From sequence record DRR378314_471: DNA of 61,345 nucleotides. One strand, written 5' to 3'. Positions within the stretch are counted from its first letter, which is position 1. The number at the start of each line of letters is the position of its first letter. A model generated the notes under the pieces. The model saw nothing but the letters and a program-made list of their open reading frames with translations. It had not been told where the DNA came from and did not search any database. The position numbers and the translations under genes are program-made. Below are positions 61,298 to 61,345 of this stretch, piece by piece.

Positions 61298-61345
61298 GCC
61301 CCCGTAGCTCATCTGGATAGAGCGTCCCCCTCCTAAGGGGAAGGT
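61298..61345 (+). tRNA. tRNA-Arg(CCT), truncated by the window end
   Basis: GCCCCCG-TA-GCTC-ATCTGGATA-GAGC-G-TCCCC-CTCCTAA-GGGGA; anticodon CCT at 61332-34. Confidence 0.93.

Noticed and set aside
1-61345. Mobile elements, prophage or defence systems
   Set aside because: No integrase, transposase, phage, cas, restriction-modification or toxin-antitoxin genes were recognised.

Overview
Chromosomal window from a GC-rich marine gammaproteobacterium, most likely Marinobacter (inferred from gene content, including a Maqu_2507-like fatty acyl-CoA reductase, motY and a Pseudomonas-like backbone). The left ~20 kb is a co-oriented minus-strand vitamin B12 block with two parts. The first is a GntR-led 2-hydroxyisobutyryl-CoA mutase cluster (hcmB, CoA ligase, meaB/meaH, hcmA, PduO-type adenosyltransferase, cobD). 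The second is a cobalamin-riboswitch operon (btuB, a signal-peptide-bearing CobN-like chelatase, btuFCD, cobB, cobO, cobQ, bluB) running into DUF1289 and purT. The rest is mostly housekeeping: purL, mltF, recX, fadA/fadB, prc, mtnA/mtaD/ubiG, rdgC, a Pat acetyltransferase and an HDAC-family deacetylase, motY, pyrC, rnt, an acyl-CoA reductase, ptrA and two glycosyltransferases, ending in a truncated tRNA-Arg(CCT). Most notable: (1) an apparently exported CobN-like protein with no CobST or ring-synthesis genes, placed between the outer-membrane receptor and the ABC importer of a corrinoid salvage operon; (2) a DARS-like DnaA-box/IHF/Fis locus downstream of purL; (3) the HCM cluster; (4) several unannotated operators and promoters. 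All calls come from motif recognition by eye; no database searches were run.
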